Source: Woeseiaceae bacterium (GTDB lineage: Bacteria > Pseudomonadota > Gammaproteobacteria > Steroidobacterales > Woeseiaceae). Taken from it: a stretch of 64,000 bases of DNA. The position numbers and the translations under genes were made by a program. How positions within the stretch are numbered: position 1 is the stretch's first letter; every line of letters starts with the position of its first letter. The stretch spans positions 1,450 to 65,449 of the forward strand of contig JBFFEB010000009.1 of assembly GCA_041559075.1 (NCBI GenBank), given 5' to 3'. Shown here in pieces: positions 62,610-64,000 of the stretch. The notes beneath the pieces are model-generated. The model worked only from the letters and a program-made list of their open reading frames with translations, had not been told where the DNA came from and made no database searches.

Positions 62610-63009
62610 GGAAAGGCCGGAGTCGGCCAGGCAATCGCTGTCTCGACGAGATAGAGGAAAGTCCGGGCTCCTTCGGACAGGGCGCCAGGTAACGCCTGGA
62701 GGGCGCGAGCCCATGGAAAGTGCCACAGAAAACAAACCGCCGGGCGCATGCCCGGTAAGGGTGAAAAGGTGCGGTAAGAGCGCACCGCGCGGCTGGTAAC
62801 AGTTCGCGGCACGGTAAACCCCGCCCGGAGCAAGACCAAATAGGGGAGTAGGGCAAAGCGCGGTTCCCATCAGGGGAGTTGCAATGCTTTCGCCGCCGCC
62901 GGTACCGAGCGGACTCCCGGGTAGGTTGCTGGAGGCGGCCGGTGACGGTCGTCCAAGATGAATGATTGTCCTCGACAGAACCCGGCTTATTGCCGGCTCC
63001 GGCTTTTCC
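62610..63009 (+). ncRNA. rnpB: RNase P RNA, bacterial type A (ends approximate, plus or minus 10 nt)
   Basis: Universally conserved blocks are present: GAGGAAAGTCCGGGCTCC, GGGCGCCAGGTAACGCCTGG, GGTAAGGGTGAAAAGGTGCGGTAAGAGCGCACCG, GGTAAACCCCGCCCGGAGCAAGACCAAATAGG and GATGAATGATTGTCCTCGACAGAACCCGGCTTAT. P1 is closed by GGAAAGGCCGGAGTCGGC pairing with GCCGGCTCCGGCTTTTCC. A TAGAAT -10-like hexamer lies at 62595-62600. Confidence 0.92.
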
Positions 63010-63214
63010 GATCTGCGGCCGTTGCGCAAATCCGGGCGCGGGGGCGCTGCGCAGCTCCCCTGTCGCCGTTTACCGACCAAAAATTCAACTGATTTTGAAG
63101 AAATGGCTTTAAGCTTTTGATTTTGCTTGCGCGAATATTGCCATTTTTTGCCCGATTCGGGCCACCCGATCGCCCCTAAGTCTCTGTAGAACAACCATAA
63201 ATCGCTGCGCCGTG

Positions 63215-63243
63215 TTGACGCTCGGCAGGGGCAAACCTATAGT
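63215..63243 (+). promoter_or_regulatory. Pmra-type sigma-70 promoter of the dcw cluster
   Basis: TTGACG (63215-63220), 17 bp of spacer, then TATAGT (63238-63243). Confidence 0.65.
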
Positions 63244-63251
63244 GTCGAAAA

Positions 63252-63276
63252 GTGGAAAAAAGTGGGAGGAAATGGG
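63252..63276 (+). promoter_or_regulatory. MraZ operator: three direct (G/A)TGG(G/A) repeats with 10-bp phasing
   Basis: GTGGA-aaaaa-GTGGG-aggaa-ATGGG starts 9 bp downstream of the -10. This has the same architecture as the TGGGN repeats with 5-nt spacers bound by E. coli MraZ. Confidence 0.65.
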
Positions 63277-63330
63277 CGTTACTCCCGGAATTCGTGCCAG
63301 AAGAACGAAACCGGACCTGCCCGAACCACC

Positions 63331-63780
63331 GTGTTTCGAGGGGCCACCAAAGTCAGTCTGGACGCCAAGGGGCGCATGGCGATACCGACCCGGTACCGGG
63401 AGCGGCTTGCCGCCCGTTGTGACGGCCAGATCATCGTTACCGTGGACAAGGATCACTGCCTCCTGGTCTATCCGTTGCCGGACTGGGAAGAGCTGGAGCG
63501 TAAGCTCGTCCGCCTTCCCAGCATGAACAAGGTCGCACGTCGAATCGTGCGGATTATGGTCGGTTATGCGACCGAGGTCGACATGGATGCGAACGGGCGC
63601 ATCCTCGTGTCGCGCGAGTTGAGGGATTTCGCCTCGCTGGAGAAGAACGCGATTCTGATCGGGCAGGGCAACAAGTTCGAACTTTGGGATGAAGCAAACT
63701 GGAACGACAAGCGGGACGCCTGGCTCAGCGAGGAAGACGATGGCGAGCTGCCGGCAGAACTCGAGTCAATCTCTTTCTAG
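63331..63780 (+). CDS. mraZ: transcriptional regulator MraZ
   Basis: ORF 63262..63780 trimmed to the GTG at 63331: (M)FRGATKVSLDAKGRMAIPTRYRERL with a second SpoVT/AbrB-like repeat DANGRILVSRELRDFA. Confidence 0.92.
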   Translation: MFRGATKVSLDAKGRMAIPTRYRERLAARCDGQIIVTVDKDHCLLVYPLPDWEELERKLVRLPSMNKVARRIVRIMVGYATEVDMDANGRILVSRELRDFASLEKNAILIGQGNKFELWDEANWNDKRDAWLSEEDDGELPAELESISF

Positions 63781-63795
63781 GCTGCTGGACATTTT

Positions 63796-64000
63796 ATGAG
63801 CAGCAACGCGCATGTGCCGGTGCTGCTGGAACCGGTCCTCGAAGGACTGAATATAAAAGCGAGCGGTTGTTACGTCGATGCGACGTTTGGCCGAGGGGGA
63901 CACAGCAGCGCCATACTCGAACGATTGACCGCAAACGGGCGCCTGATCGCGATCGACCGGGACCCGCAGGCAGTCGAATCGGCACCGCAGGCGCTGCTGG
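63796..64000 (+). CDS. rsmH: 16S rRNA (cytosine1402-N4)-methyltransferase, N-terminal part (runs off the window)
   Basis: My translation from the ATG at 63796 gives [44 protein letters not shown]...AIDRDPQAV. HxPVLL and DxTxGxGGH are RsmH hallmarks. Confidence 0.9.
   Translation, partial: MSSNAHVPVLLEPVLEGLNIKASGCYVDATFGRGGHSSAILERLTANGRLIAIDRDPQAVESAPQALL

Noticed and set aside
62538-63194. 218-aa and smaller ORFs on both strands between rsmI and mraZ.
   Set aside because: They overlap the RNase P RNA gene, whose conserved structure explains the sequence conservation and GC content.

Overview
High-GC, very gene-dense segment (about 58 protein genes plus the RNase P RNA, short intergenic regions) that reads as core chromosome of a Gammaproteobacterium. 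Block order: slt / degP-like / hsp20; split class II RNR nrdJa-nrdJb; hldE-waaA; tolC plus a pcm-like methyltransferase; a PAS-GGDEF-EAL protein; H+-pyrophosphatase plus PPi-dependent PFK; adk, rnd, mpl; cpdA-gumN-hemL; metK-ahcY; tkt-gap-pgk-(DUF839)-pyk; penicillin-acylase family gene; MoxR/VWA pair; bcp; patatin; mgtE; kdsD-kdsC-lptC-lptA-lptB-rpoN-hpf-ptsN-rapZ; yrbG; ibaG-murA; degS-like; petABC-sspA-sspB; diaA-yraN-lpoA; rsmI-rnpB-mraZ-rsmH. This resembles Pseudomonas/Xanthomonadales-type layouts in compacted form (no mlaFEDCB, npr or yraP/dolP at their usual positions). Reading by eye, I found no tRNA/rRNA, CRISPR array, IS/transposase, integrase, phage gene, toxin-antitoxin pair or recognisable defence system. 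Many ORF-track entries are antisense shadow ORFs typical of high-GC DNA, or N-terminally over-extended versions of real genes; I re-derived the starts. Regulatory elements readable in the sequence: NrdR boxes and a consensus sigma-70 promoter upstream of nrdJ, a sigma-32-like promoter for hsp20, the Pmra promoter with three phased MraZ-type repeats, and a bidirectional terminator. I see no convincing evidence for a new multi-gene system. The only accessory-looking stretch is 33.4-42.6 kb: a Tat-secreted DUF839/PhoX-like gene inserted antisense into the glycolytic cluster, an acylase coupled to pyk, an orphan CoxD/CoxE-like MoxR-VWA pair with a variant MIDAS motif, a secreted Bcp and a stand-alone patatin. 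That stretch and a few unexplained non-coding structures are the best follow-up targets.
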